From a virus (Duplodnaviria; Caudoviricetes): a DNA stretch of 51,245 nt. The notes below the pieces were generated by a model. The model worked only from the letters and a program-made list of their open reading frames with translations. It ran no database searches and was not told the DNA's origin. The translations under genes and the position numbers were made by a program. Where the stretch lies: positions 1 to 51,245 of the IMG/VR virus record IMGVR_UViG_3300031578_000051; one strand, given 5' to 3'. Shown piece after piece: positions 8,938 to 17,976 of the stretch. The stretch's first letter is position 1; the number at the start of each line of letters is the position of its first letter.

Positions 8938-9936
8938 TTACGCATCTATATCATATATTACGCCCTGACGATTTCTATTAGTACATATAAAGTTCAGAGC
9001 AACAGCAATTTGAGCACATCTGTCATTGACTTGGTTAGGAATAGATTTCCAATCTGTCATAGAAAAGTTAGCTGCTGGGTCAATTATTAACTCTATATAC
9101 TTTGTATTAAGAGTGTATAACTTCTTAGCCCCACAACTAGCTGACCAGATTAGTGGCCTACCTTTAAACTGAATGTTAGTAAACTGTGCATCTCCTAATG
9201 TTTTATTAGTGATGTAATGTTGTTCTAACGTATTATCCTCAACCATTTCATAGACATCTTGAGTAGTTACCATGATGTCTGGCTCTTCTTGACCTTGACC
9301 AAGAGAACAGTTGTTTAACTGCGTTCTAACACGTTTGTCTAACCAAGCACTTGCTGGTTCCCCACTCATGTCATAAGACTGATTCTCCCACCAAGTCTTA
9401 GTTGCAGAATTAATAGTACCGAAGGTGCCTCTGCTACCAGTTGCATTACTAACAACCATGTTATCTAATCCTTCTATATTAAGTCCACCTTCACCAGTAC
9501 CATCACCAAATAACTGTTCCTCAAATTGCATAGCCATTTCGTCTTTAGCGGCTTCTAATTCAGTATTCATTATATCAATAATCTTTGACTTACCTCTGTT
9601 CTTAAGTGTCTCAGTCCAGTATCTGACTACTGAAACAGCGCCATACTTCCAGTCGAAAATAGCATCTGTCAACTTCTCATCTCTAACTAAACTTATTGTT
9701 CCACCAAGACTCATCATCTTAAAGGTACTATTTCTACCATACTTTAATGGAACTACAATAAACTTTCCACCTTCTTCATGCCTGACATGTCCTTTACCTT
9801 TAGTTAGCCACATCCAGAAAGCGTTTTTAGTTAGAATCTGGTCAATTGCAACCTTCCTCTGTAAATGCCACGTAGTAGTATACATATCGTCAAGAGCTGT
9901 GATAATGTTATCACCACTTCTTGTATAATCCGTCAT
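8938..9936 (-). CDS. Major capsid protein
   Basis: 332 aa after scaffold; GGKFIVVPLKYG, LFGDGTG, WWENQ, GDAQFTNIQFKG and CTNRNRQGV patterns typical of phage capsid proteins. Confidence 0.88.
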   Translation of the reverse strand: MTDYTRSGDNIITALDDMYTTTWHLQRKVAIDQILTKNAFWMWLTKGKGHVRHEEGGKFIVVPLKYGRNSTFKMMSLGGTISLVRDEKLTDAIFDWKYGAVSVVRYWTETLKNRGKSKIIDIMNTELEAAKDEMAMQFEEQLFGDGTGEGGLNIEGLDNMVVSNATGSRGTFGTINSATKTWWENQSYDMSGEPASAWLDKRVRTQLNNCSLGQGQEEPDIMVTTQDVYEMVEDNTLEQHYITNKTLGDAQFTNIQFKGRPLIWSASCGAKKLYTLNTKYIELIIDPAANFSMTDWKSIPNQVNDRCAQIAVALNFICTNRNRQGVIYDIDA

Positions 9937-9960
9937 TTACCTCAACTCCTTTTTTGTTGT

Positions 9961-10656
9961 TTAAATTGGATTTTCATCTGCTCCAAAAGCTTTAACATAA
10001 GCTTTTTCAGCGGCTGCTTTAGGTGTGAGGTTAGTGTCAGTGAACTCAGCGTTCTGTCCAGGCTTCTCTGTTGGAGTACCTGTACGAACAGCTTTCTTCT
10101 TTATCGGGTCAGCTTCTCCTTTAGCTATTAAAAATGCACGCTCCGCAGTTATGTTTGGTGTTTCTGCAACAATCTTAGCCATGGAAGGCCTGTATTTCTC
10201 AAATTCTTCGCTTCCATAGTCTTCCTTGACCTGTGCAATCTGTGCAAATGCGTCCTTATCAGCTGCTATATCTACCATTTGTTTAATAGACGCAGCAACA
10301 TTCTCAAGGTTCTCTTTCTGCATTGCGTTATTTTTCTCCATCATCTTCCCAACTTCCTTCAATATATGCCCTACTACTTGAGAAGGCTCTAACTTATCTA
10401 TTTCCTCTTGGCTAAGACCTTTCTCTTCTGGCTTTGGAGGAGTTGGTGGTGGAGTACTTCTGCCCATAAATTCAGGAGAAGTTATCAACCTAAATATCTC
10501 ATCACCTTTTCTTCCTTGTTCCTTCACACTTTCCATTAATGCCGCTACCTCTTCTTTGGAGGCAAATTTGTCTTTATCGCCAGACTCTATAACTTTATCG
10601 CCTTCTTTTCCTGCACCTTCTAGTGCATTTACATTCTCTTCGCCTTGAATTACCAT
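9961..10656 (-). CDS. Capsid scaffolding protein
   Basis: Charged, helical, Pro-rich linker; immediately upstream of capsid gene. Confidence 0.7.
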   Translation of the reverse strand: MVIQGEENVNALEGAGKEGDKVIESGDKDKFASKEEVAALMESVKEQGRKGDEIFRLITSPEFMGRSTPPPTPPKPEEKGLSQEEIDKLEPSQVVGHILKEVGKMMEKNNAMQKENLENVAASIKQMVDIAADKDAFAQIAQVKEDYGSEEFEKYRPSMAKIVAETPNITAERAFLIAKGEADPIKKKAVRTGTPTEKPGQNAEFTDTNLTPKAAAEKAYVKAFGADENPI

Positions 10657-10658
10657 TT

Positions 10659-11126
10659 TTATTTAATCCCCTTTCGATACTCATCTCGTATCTTAATTTG
10701 AAAAGCTTTTATTAATTCCATGTATGCTATCTTAATATCTCTTATTATCCAACCAGGCCCTGTAAATGTTACTTTAGTCTCTATCGTAGTCATATCAATA
10801 GTAACAGTTTTTGGCTCACCAAGATGTACCTCTGTAATAGGTACTTTAGGTGCAGCTTCTACTTCTAGTTCATCTATCTCAATCTCCGGTTCTACCTTTT
10901 TTACAGGAACTGACTTTGGTAATACAACACTTGGCTTATTTGGTGTTATCTTTGCCATTGAGGCATTAATAGCGTCATCTAAAGTCTTCTTAGGTCTTGC
11001 CTCAGCCTCTGCTATTTGAGCAGCAATTGCAGATGACCTTGTACCTGGCTCAGATTTGTTGTACCCAACCTCTCTCATTACTTTTGCTACATCCTTCATA
11101 GGGATGTTTGTTTTAATTACTTCCAT
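10659..11126 (-). CDS. Hypothetical protein (head module)
   Basis: GAGGAGG RBS; operon context. Confidence 0.75.
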   Translation of the reverse strand: MEVIKTNIPMKDVAKVMREVGYNKSEPGTRSSAIAAQIAEAEARPKKTLDDAINASMAKITPNKPSVVLPKSVPVKKVEPEIEIDELEVEAAPKVPITEVHLGEPKTVTIDMTTIETKVTFTGPGWIIRDIKIAYMELIKAFQIKIRDEYRKGIK

Positions 11127-11143
11127 TATTTTCCTCCTCTCTT

Positions 11144-11365
11144 TTAAATTTCTTCATAGTTATCATTAAAGTACTTTCTTTCTACATACCACTGGTCCTT
11201 ATGATTTTTAGGGTTGCGTGCTATCATTCCCATATCTTTCATTGGGTCTTCAGATTCATCTATTCTCACGTCAGCCATATCTTCACCTAAGATGTAAGGC
11301 CTCATTTCTGCAGTATTTACCCTTCTATAAGACCTAAAAAAGTGTTTGTCAATGTACTCGTCCAT
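11144..11365 (-). CDS. Hypothetical phage protein
   Basis: GAGGAG RBS; GMIARNPKNHKDQWYV motif. Confidence 0.75.
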   Translation of the reverse strand: MDEYIDKHFFRSYRRVNTAEMRPYILGEDMADVRIDESEDPMKDMGMIARNPKNHKDQWYVERKYFNDNYEEI

Positions 11366-11383
11366 TATCTCCTCCTCTCTTAT

Positions 11384-11644
11384 TTAATCTAATCGATGCG
11401 CAATGACATCGTTCTCTTTACATAACTTCTTTAAATGTTGTTTACTCTCTACCATTACAGGTTGATGACATATATTCTCTTCTATATATGGCCGCCAAAT
11501 GTGGTTAGCAAAACTCTTGATTCCTCCAAACCATATAATTCCATCTCCTCCACATGAACATTTTATTTCATGTCTATCATCGATTCTTGCATATGCATCA
11601 AATACTTCTCCACATTCTTTACACTTCATATGATATAAAGGCAT
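11384..11644 (-). CDS. FmdB-like zinc-ribbon protein
   Basis: MPLYHMKCKECG...CSCG; likely start at MPLY (11644); such genes often follow portal genes. Confidence 0.75.
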   Translation of the reverse strand: MPLYHMKCKECGEVFDAYARIDDRHEIKCSCGGDGIIWFGGIKSFANHIWRPYIEENICHQPVMVESKQHLKKLCKENDVIAHRLD

Positions 11645-11645
11645 A

Positions 11646-12230
11646 TTAGTACTCCCACTTATATTTATAACACTCAACAGGACACTCTCCTATGTAGTTA
11701 AGAAAGTCCTTAGTAGAATATGTTGAGATGATTACTGTATTACGTGCAGGTTGATGGGAGGCACGAAACCCCAATTGGTTCAACTTCATAACCAACCATA
11801 AAACGTCAACGGGAGGAAAGCCACATGTTGATATATAAATGTATGGTGTCCCAGCAGGGCTTTTGCATAAACAGCCATCCCCAATATACCATTGCCTGCA
11901 CGCAACAGAAGATAATTCTAAATCCTTTGGAACTTGCTTCCCACCATACATGTACCATTCCATCCAAATAGGAAATAATTCTACATAACACAGTGATGCG
12001 TAATAGTAATAACCTGCACGAGGCGTGTGTATCTTTCCACTCCGCTTTACCCCAAACTCGTCCAGCATAGAAGTAACATACTGAATGTATTCAGAATGTT
12101 TAGAAGTATACGCAAACCACGCAGAAAGATATGAGTAGGTCTGTAAACATCCATCCCCAAGTAATTCTCCATCTAACCACTGGCGTGCTTCTCTTGATAA
12201 ATAACAATGATTATTAGACGCCTTCCCCAT
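11646..12230 (-). CDS. LAGLIDADG homing endonuclease (two-motif type)
   Basis: LDGELLGDGCL and WYIGDGC motifs; ISTCGF; YKYKW end. Confidence 0.85.
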   Translation of the reverse strand: MGKASNNHCYLSREARQWLDGELLGDGCLQTYSYLSAWFAYTSKHSEYIQYVTSMLDEFGVKRSGKIHTPRAGYYYYASLCYVELFPIWMEWYMYGGKQVPKDLELSSVACRQWYIGDGCLCKSPAGTPYIYISTCGFPPVDVLWLVMKLNQLGFRASHQPARNTVIISTYSTKDFLNYIGECPVECYKYKWEY

Positions 12231-13952
12231 TTATCCCTGTTGTCCTCCTTGTTGTCCTAACATTCGTTGTAATGCATTTATAGGAACTGCTTGTTCTGGA
12301 TTATTCCCCCAGCCAGGTCTTGGTGCTAATAATAAATCAGTCTCAATCCAATCATATTGGTCTAGTAATTGTCTCGACATCTCTACCCTATTGATAGTAG
12401 GGTCTTGTGCAGTCATCTGGTATAATTCTTTAGCCTCTGATCTCCTTGTTTCAAATGTAACAGGTAAGGAGTCATCTGGATTAACCTTTATATTATACTC
12501 CCCCTTAATAGCTGCACCTGTATACTGTACCCAATATCTAGCACCATCTTGTCCTATTATATCAATAACTTGAGACTTATCTCTCCAGAAAGTGAACACG
12601 TACTGTAGATATTTACGACAGATAGCTGTAAATAAATCTGCTGTACAGTCTCTTCTTTCATTTAATCTTATCTGTGCCGCCATCTGTACTATATTTGCCT
12701 CTGTTGCTGTGCGCCTACCAGTGTTATAATCTCCTCTCTGATTACGAGAAGAACCTAACATCTGCATGACATCTTCCATTATCTGTGTAGTTAGTTGTAC
12801 AAAGTCTGGTGGCACGTGTGGAGTTAATAGCTCTACCACACTTCTTATATCTTCTCCTGGTGCAGTATCCACTTCTATAAATGGCATTACATCCCCACTT
12901 AAGAACTTATCTTTCTCTTCTTTACTAAATGCATTCCTTCTTGCCATCGCTTTAATTAAACATAGTCTTCTATGTGCCTGTGCCTGCGTCCTTATCTCAT
13001 TCAACTCTAACTGTTGTGGTTCAATTATCTGACAATCAGATATTCCCCAGAAACCAAATCCAGAGTCATTAAATATCAGCGGAAGGAATGGAAGTCCTTC
13101 TACTTGTAAGTCATCTACATCATCTCTTAAAAACTTATCATGGTCCATAGATATAGCATAAACCTTGCGTGTCCTAAAGTCTCTTATCTCCCATATTTCT
13201 ACCCAGTCCTCTTCTTCACAAACTTTCTCAAACATTCTGTCTTTAACAGCACCTTCAGTATCTGTTTGTTTGGTAGCTTTAATGTTATGTTCTTTAAATG
13301 TGCGCCCACCTTTAAGACTTCCTTTGTTAATATATTTTGTATCTAATAACACATCTTCAAGAGGACGCATAACCCTTGTTGCACACCAAGGTGATGCTTC
13401 TATATCTATGTATCCATAAGGTAGTATGAAATTTGCCGGTTTATCTCTTAAGAACCAAGGCATTCCAGGCTTAACATCAACTCTATATTCTATATTCTCT
13501 TCATCATCTCCAAATCCAGTCAATGTACCCTCGCCAGGTATAATACCAACAGACTTATCTGACGCATAACCATATTCACTATCATACCCACACTTACCTA
13601 TAGCCGTGCCATATATATAAGAGTCTTGACACATACGTTTTATCTGTTTCTTTACATTAGTCTCATACACAAGATAATTAAGCACACGCTCTGTTGCCTT
13701 TGTTTGTAACATCTTCCCTGGACCCATTGGGGATAAGATAGCATGTGGATTACGATTATACACGTTAGGTAACAATGACTTGCCAAAAGCAAATATTAAG
13801 TTAACGGGTAATATACCCTGCCCCCAGTCCCCTTCAAAATATCTTTCAAAGAGAGGCCATTTAGAGGTATGTCCATAGTTAGCTTGATAGAGAATGCCTA
13901 ACTTAATCTTCTGCTTCCACTTTATAAGCTGTTCTTCTTTTGTATCAGCCAT
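12231..13952 (-). CDS. Portal protein
   Basis: 573 aa after terminase; YGTAIGKCGYD, FWGISD..I.PQQ.ELN and RRTATEANI motifs of P22-like portals. Confidence 0.88.
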   Translation of the reverse strand: MADTKEEQLIKWKQKIKLGILYQANYGHTSKWPLFERYFEGDWGQGILPVNLIFAFGKSLLPNVYNRNPHAILSPMGPGKMLQTKATERVLNYLVYETNVKKQIKRMCQDSYIYGTAIGKCGYDSEYGYASDKSVGIIPGEGTLTGFGDDEENIEYRVDVKPGMPWFLRDKPANFILPYGYIDIEASPWCATRVMRPLEDVLLDTKYINKGSLKGGRTFKEHNIKATKQTDTEGAVKDRMFEKVCEEEDWVEIWEIRDFRTRKVYAISMDHDKFLRDDVDDLQVEGLPFLPLIFNDSGFGFWGISDCQIIEPQQLELNEIRTQAQAHRRLCLIKAMARRNAFSKEEKDKFLSGDVMPFIEVDTAPGEDIRSVVELLTPHVPPDFVQLTTQIMEDVMQMLGSSRNQRGDYNTGRRTATEANIVQMAAQIRLNERRDCTADLFTAICRKYLQYVFTFWRDKSQVIDIIGQDGARYWVQYTGAAIKGEYNIKVNPDDSLPVTFETRRSEAKELYQMTAQDPTINRVEMSRQLLDQYDWIETDLLLAPRPGWGNNPEQAVPINALQRMLGQQGGQQG

Positions 13953-14158
13953 TATTTCTCCTTTAACTTGCTGAGTAATGACTTATGTGTCGATGACTTG
14001 CGAGCGGTTGAATATGCCGCTGCCGCACATATCTTCCTTGCATGCGCCGCATTCTTTGGAGTTGTGTTTCCTATCTTACCAGTCTTTTTATAACTTGACA
14101 TGCATTCTGATATGTTACTTGATATAGTAGCTTGACTACTTCCTTGTTTGAGTGGCAT
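13952..14158 (-). CDS. Small basic phage protein
   Basis: MPLKQGSSQATISSNISE...AAAYSTARKS; coupled to portal start. Confidence 0.75.
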   Translation of the reverse strand: MPLKQGSSQATISSNISECMSSYKKTGKIGNTTPKNAAHARKICAAAAYSTARKSSTHKSLLSKLKEK

Positions 14159-14168
14159 AATAACCTCC

Positions 14169-14531
14169 TTATGGTTCTATATCTATTATAACTCCACCTT
14201 CACCACTTACAATCTCCAAGTAAATTCCTTTACTAACCGCTTTGGACTTAAAAGGTGTAAATATACACGTGCTGCAACTTAAATATACGTGCAAGAGTTC
14301 ATCTCCAAAGGCACCATCAATACTATCCCACAGTATCATCTCTGTATCAACAACTTTTGAGAAGAATACTGCAGTTGCAAGTCCACAGTGTCCATCACGT
14401 ATTACTCCATCTGTTTCAAAGCATCCTAATGGGTCTGTCTTTTTCACAATATGTTCCCTCCTATTATTTATTAATATATGCTTAGCCACTACCCACCCTC
14501 TTAATGTGGCTACCACTTCTACATACCACAA
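14169..14531 (-). CDS. Hypothetical protein (start uncertain)
   Basis: ORF between terminase and portal; an internal GGAGGG RBS before a GTG suggests a later start. Confidence 0.6.
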   Translation of the reverse strand: MWYVEVVATLRGWVVAKHILINNRREHIVKKTDPLGCFETDGVIRDGHCGLATAVFFSKVVDTEMILWDSIDGAFGDELLHVYLSCSTCIFTPFKSKAVSKGIYLEIVSGEGGVIIDIEP

Positions 14532-14557
14532 GATATGCAGGCTCCATATATTTAATT

Positions 14558-14592
14558 ACATTATAAATTTCAATTTTTGAAATTGATTATGT
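14558..14592. promoter_or_regulatory. 35-bp dispersed palindrome, copy 2
   Basis: ACATTATAAATTTCAATTTTTGAAATTGATTATGT, immediately after terminase stop. Confidence 0.85.
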
Positions 14593-16118
14593 TAATAATC
14601 TCTATCCTTAGTCATCTCTGCTAACTGCTTTTGAAATGGGAGATTAAATCCTCTTGCCTTCCTTAATTGTGCTAATATATCCGCCATCGTCTCCTCTGTT
14701 TTAACTACCTCTTCTGGTGGTGGTGGACAACTAGAAAGTCGGATGGCACCAGATAGTGCATCAATTGCATCAACATAAGGACTCTCTTTAACTCCTTGAT
14801 ATTCTAACAACTCTGTCTCAAGACCATTCATCCACTGCTTAATCCACACTCCCATTGCCTCAAACCTTGGTTGCATTGCACGTATTCGAGAGTCTTTAGA
14901 GTCATCACCAGTTGGTGTGTCTGCACGAATAGAGAAGAAATAGTTATCTTCCTTCATCTTGTCTTTTAAATTCATTCCTATTGACTCTTGATATGCTACT
15001 GACTCTATTGCTATAAACATAGGGTTATACTTTCTATGTACTTTGAATATCTCTACGAGCAATTTGTTAGGAGACATGCCCCTTTCTCTTATTAAGTCCA
15101 GAACGTATATTCTATTATCGCAAGTACGTGCTATCGTTATGATAGCTGTGTTACACGCTGTCTTCTTCGCTGATATCGCTGGGTCTACATATGTAAATAC
15201 ATAGTATGGAACGTTCTCAGGTAAGTTTGTAAAATATTGTATGTATTCTGATTTAAATATCATCTTCTCAGCGGGAAGTGGTTTTAATAAGTACTGAGAA
15301 GCATATATGTATGAACCTTGAACCTTCTTTATAATTGCTAAATCATCAACATTGAAACGTTCTGGATATATCGGCACCTCTTTTGGTGCATCTTTATTAT
15401 ACCCGCCGTCAACGTAAACATTCTGTGTAAAAGACGTGAACGTGCCATCTTCATTCATTATATAATCTACTACATCATGTAATGCCCAAGGAGTCCCGAG
15501 ATATAAAACTCGTCCTCTTGATGGGGTATCAAGTAAGGACATTGACAATTTATACCAGCCGATTGCACGACCTATCTCGAGAACCGAGGGCATTAACTCT
15601 TCTTTCGTTACAGAATCTTTCTTACCTGTCAAGATATCATCCATTATGATTACATCAAAATGTGTTGATACAATGTTTGTGCCAAGACCTGCTGCATTAA
15701 ATGTTGCCTCTCCCCAACCCATCGTGCGTTTAACTTCAACAGCATGGTCGCTCCAGCGAACCTTCTTTGTGTTAGGTATTATGTCTGGATATAGATTTCT
15801 AAATAAATCATTTGTCTCAAAAATAGCTTTTATTTGCCTAAGATGATTCATTGCATTATCTATTATGTTACATACTATAAGTATCCTAATGTTTGGATTA
15901 TGCAATGCTAACCATATAGGCCATGATATACAACCAAGAGTACTTTTTAAAAAAGAACGAGGAAGAACTACAAGCTTTCGTAGTATCTTCATATCTTGTA
16001 AGAAATTACATAAAGGTATGTGAAGAGGCTTGGTCATGTAATCCTTGCCTATTATACCACGTGAGAAAAAATAAAAGCTTTGAAGTCCTAATTCCGCTAG
16101 CTCACTTTTTTGTGCCAT
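14592..16118 (-). CDS. terL: Terminase large subunit
   Basis: Walker A-like LPRSFLKST, Walker B VIIMDD, GTPW coupling motif, YVDPA nuclease motif, IESVAYQ, DAIDALS. Confidence 0.93.
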   Translation of the reverse strand: MAQKSELAELGLQSFYFFSRGIIGKDYMTKPLHIPLCNFLQDMKILRKLVVLPRSFLKSTLGCISWPIWLALHNPNIRILIVCNIIDNAMNHLRQIKAIFETNDLFRNLYPDIIPNTKKVRWSDHAVEVKRTMGWGEATFNAAGLGTNIVSTHFDVIIMDDILTGKKDSVTKEELMPSVLEIGRAIGWYKLSMSLLDTPSRGRVLYLGTPWALHDVVDYIMNEDGTFTSFTQNVYVDGGYNKDAPKEVPIYPERFNVDDLAIIKKVQGSYIYASQYLLKPLPAEKMIFKSEYIQYFTNLPENVPYYVFTYVDPAISAKKTACNTAIITIARTCDNRIYVLDLIRERGMSPNKLLVEIFKVHRKYNPMFIAIESVAYQESIGMNLKDKMKEDNYFFSIRADTPTGDDSKDSRIRAMQPRFEAMGVWIKQWMNGLETELLEYQGVKESPYVDAIDALSGAIRLSSCPPPPEEVVKTEETMADILAQLRKARGFNLPFQKQLAEMTKDRDY

Positions 16119-16563
16119 CGGAACTTATATCCTCCAAAGCTTTCTTTACATTATCAGCCATCTCACCTTTTAATACAACTGCACCTTCTATCTCATAATG
16201 TTCTTTTGGTTTATAGCCACGTCTATTCATAATATCCCAAGCGCAGTCTCTTTTAACTTTCTCAGAACCGCTACGCATTAATTGTACATCCGTACGTGCT
16301 GCCTCTTCTACAGCATCCTCAAGTATCTGGTCAACGGGTCTAAGCGCTCTATCTTCACCAAGCTTTTTAATAAGACCGTCTCTAATCTCTTTCTCCATTT
16401 TCTCTTTTTCCGCTACAAATAATTCTGAGTTAGTTATTATGGAAAAGTTTGTGTCTGACATCCTGACATCACGCACAATGTCAGCACGAGCATCACCACA
16501 TATAAGACGGCGCATTATTTCACGATAACGTGATGTTATTTTCTTGATTTGTTTTGCTCCCAT
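16102..16563 (-). CDS. Putative terminase small subunit
   Basis: N-terminal HTH-like segment, helical, overlaps terL start. Confidence 0.65.
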   Translation of the reverse strand: MGAKQIKKITSRYREIMRRLICGDARADIVRDVRMSDTNFSIITNSELFVAEKEKMEKEIRDGLIKKLGEDRALRPVDQILEDAVEEAARTDVQLMRSGSEKVKRDCAWDIMNRRGYKPKEHYEIEGAVVLKGEMADNVKKALEDISSDGTKK

Positions 16564-16840
16564 TAAAATCTCCTATAATAGTCAGTTTATCTTTTGATAG
16601 TACTAACGCATCTATTTTATCCGCGCTAATCTCCATAATATCTTTATTACCTGTAATCTTTAAAGAGAACATTTCTGTTTGAGGATTTACATACATAGAT
16701 ATTAGGTTATGTACTTTTGCAAATGCAATCTCATATTGATTACCAATTATCTTCCATTTAAGTAAATTGAATGCTATGTTTAGCAGCGGACGGAATAATG
16801 CTATGTTTACAGGTACTTTTGTTTTTACATTTCCATCCAT
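16520..16840 (-). CDS. Hypothetical protein
   Basis: Overlapping operon context. Confidence 0.65.
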   Translation of the reverse strand: MDGNVKTKVPVNIALFRPLLNIAFNLLKWKIIGNQYEIAFAKVHNLISMYVNPQTEMFSLKITGNKDIMEISADKIDALVLSKDKLTIIGDFNGSKTNQENNITLS

Positions 16841-17082
16841 GTTAACACTCTTTTATTAAAATCTATTATACCTTCTTTAACTCTCTCTCCTTCTTTAACA
16901 AGAGGAAACCCTTTTGAAGACATCATTAAGTAATATCCACCCAAATATGCGTCTCTTTCTCCCATCTTAAATATTTGTAAATCTTCTGGAACTATTAATG
17001 CCCCTTCTATCAATCGTGTTAAGACTGTATTTAGTATTGTAAGACTTAAATTAAACATCAATAAGTTCGCTTGTTTAACCAT
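16825..17082 (-). CDS. Hypothetical protein, first gene of leftward operon
   Basis: GGGAGG RBS upstream. Confidence 0.7.
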   Translation of the reverse strand: MVKQANLLMFNLSLTILNTVLTRLIEGALIVPEDLQIFKMGERDAYLGGYYLMMSSKGFPLVKEGERVKEGIIDFNKRVLTWMEM

Positions 17083-17221
17083 CTAACTACCCTCCCTTCT
17101 TCTTATTATTAAATAGTTAATGGAATTCAATTTGAACTTTCAAATAATTGAATATTCAATTTAAAATATCGATAGATATGAATATATTAACATATGTTAA
17201 TAGATACATTTATCCATTATT

Positions 17222-17250
17222 AGTATATCAGATAATTTAATAGATGTCAA
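17222..17250 (-). promoter_or_regulatory. Leftward sigma70/sigmaA-type promoter
   Basis: TTGACA-17 bp-TATACT with TGn extended -10. Confidence 0.8.
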
Positions 17251-17267
17251 GTAATCTATGCAAGTTT

Positions 17268-17328
17268 TTGCAGTAAATTGCAATATATAAATTTGCAGTA
17301 AAATGCAAAATGTTGCAGTAAATTGCAA
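17268..17328. repeat. Three TTGCAGTAAAWTGCAA palindromic boxes
   Basis: Copies at 17268, 17293 and 17313. Confidence 0.85.
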
Positions 17329-17330
17329 TA

Positions 17331-17593
17331 AGAACGTATGTTTGTATATTCAAAAAATAGTATGAATTTTAGGATAACCTTTATTCACGCTACGAAGGGT
17401 CGAGGGCGGTTATGTTCATATGTTCATATGTTCATATATAATAATACTTACACCAGGCCAGAATATAATTATATATAGATACATTATCATATGTTCATAT
17501 GTTCATATTCACCGGTCAATTTAAAACGAACATACGTTCTAATTAGTTAGGGATAACCTAACAAGTTCAGACCTAAAAGCAAACATACGTTCA
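17331..17593. promoter_or_regulatory. Three LexA (Cheo)-like boxes
   Basis: AGAACGTATGTTTG (17331), CGAACATACGTTCT (17527), CAAACATACGTTCA (17580). Confidence 0.55.
17411..17505 (+). repeat. TATGTTCA octamer tandem arrays (3x and 2x)
   Basis: 17411-17434 and 17490-17505. Confidence 0.85.
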
Positions 17594-17690
17594 TATTATA
17601 TATGTCAATATTATCATATGTTATTAATTTTACTAACATTATTAACCTAAAACTATTTTAAATTATTTACATTTATTTTAATAAAAACAC

Positions 17691-17719
17691 TTGTAATTTA
17701 TAATGTAGTATGATATAAT
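17691..17719 (+). promoter_or_regulatory. Rightward sigma70-type promoter 1
   Basis: TTGTAA-17 bp-TATAAT with TGn extension and AT-rich upstream region. Confidence 0.7.
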
Positions 17720-17820
17720 GTTATTAAGATATAGAAAAGGATATATCGAAAAATTGAAAAGTGTCCAGGTTAAAGGTCGAGAAGAGTATAAATTTTAATC
17801 TATCCGGAGGAATATAAATA

Positions 17821-17946
17821 ATGGATATCGATATTGATGATATAGCATATACATATGCAATGGAAAAAGTCAGGGAAAATGATAAGAAAAATCCTTGTGG
17901 TTTATGTGAAGTAGTTGACTGTGAAGGATGCGAATATTTTAAATAG
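17821..17946 (+). CDS. 41-aa acidic protein with four cysteines (below ORF-track cutoff)
   Basis: GGAGG RBS; MDIDIDDIAY...PCGLCEVVDCEGCEYFK. Confidence 0.6.
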   Translation: MDIDIDDIAYTYAMEKVRENDKKNPCGLCEVVDCEGCEYFK

Positions 17947-17976
17947 TATTATTTTTAATAAAGAAGGTTATTCAAT

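Noticed and set aside
180-16198. Plus-strand ORFs over the structural arm (e.g. 9425..9928, 3524..3838)
   Set aside because: Antisense shadows of well-supported minus-strand genes, without RBS or motifs
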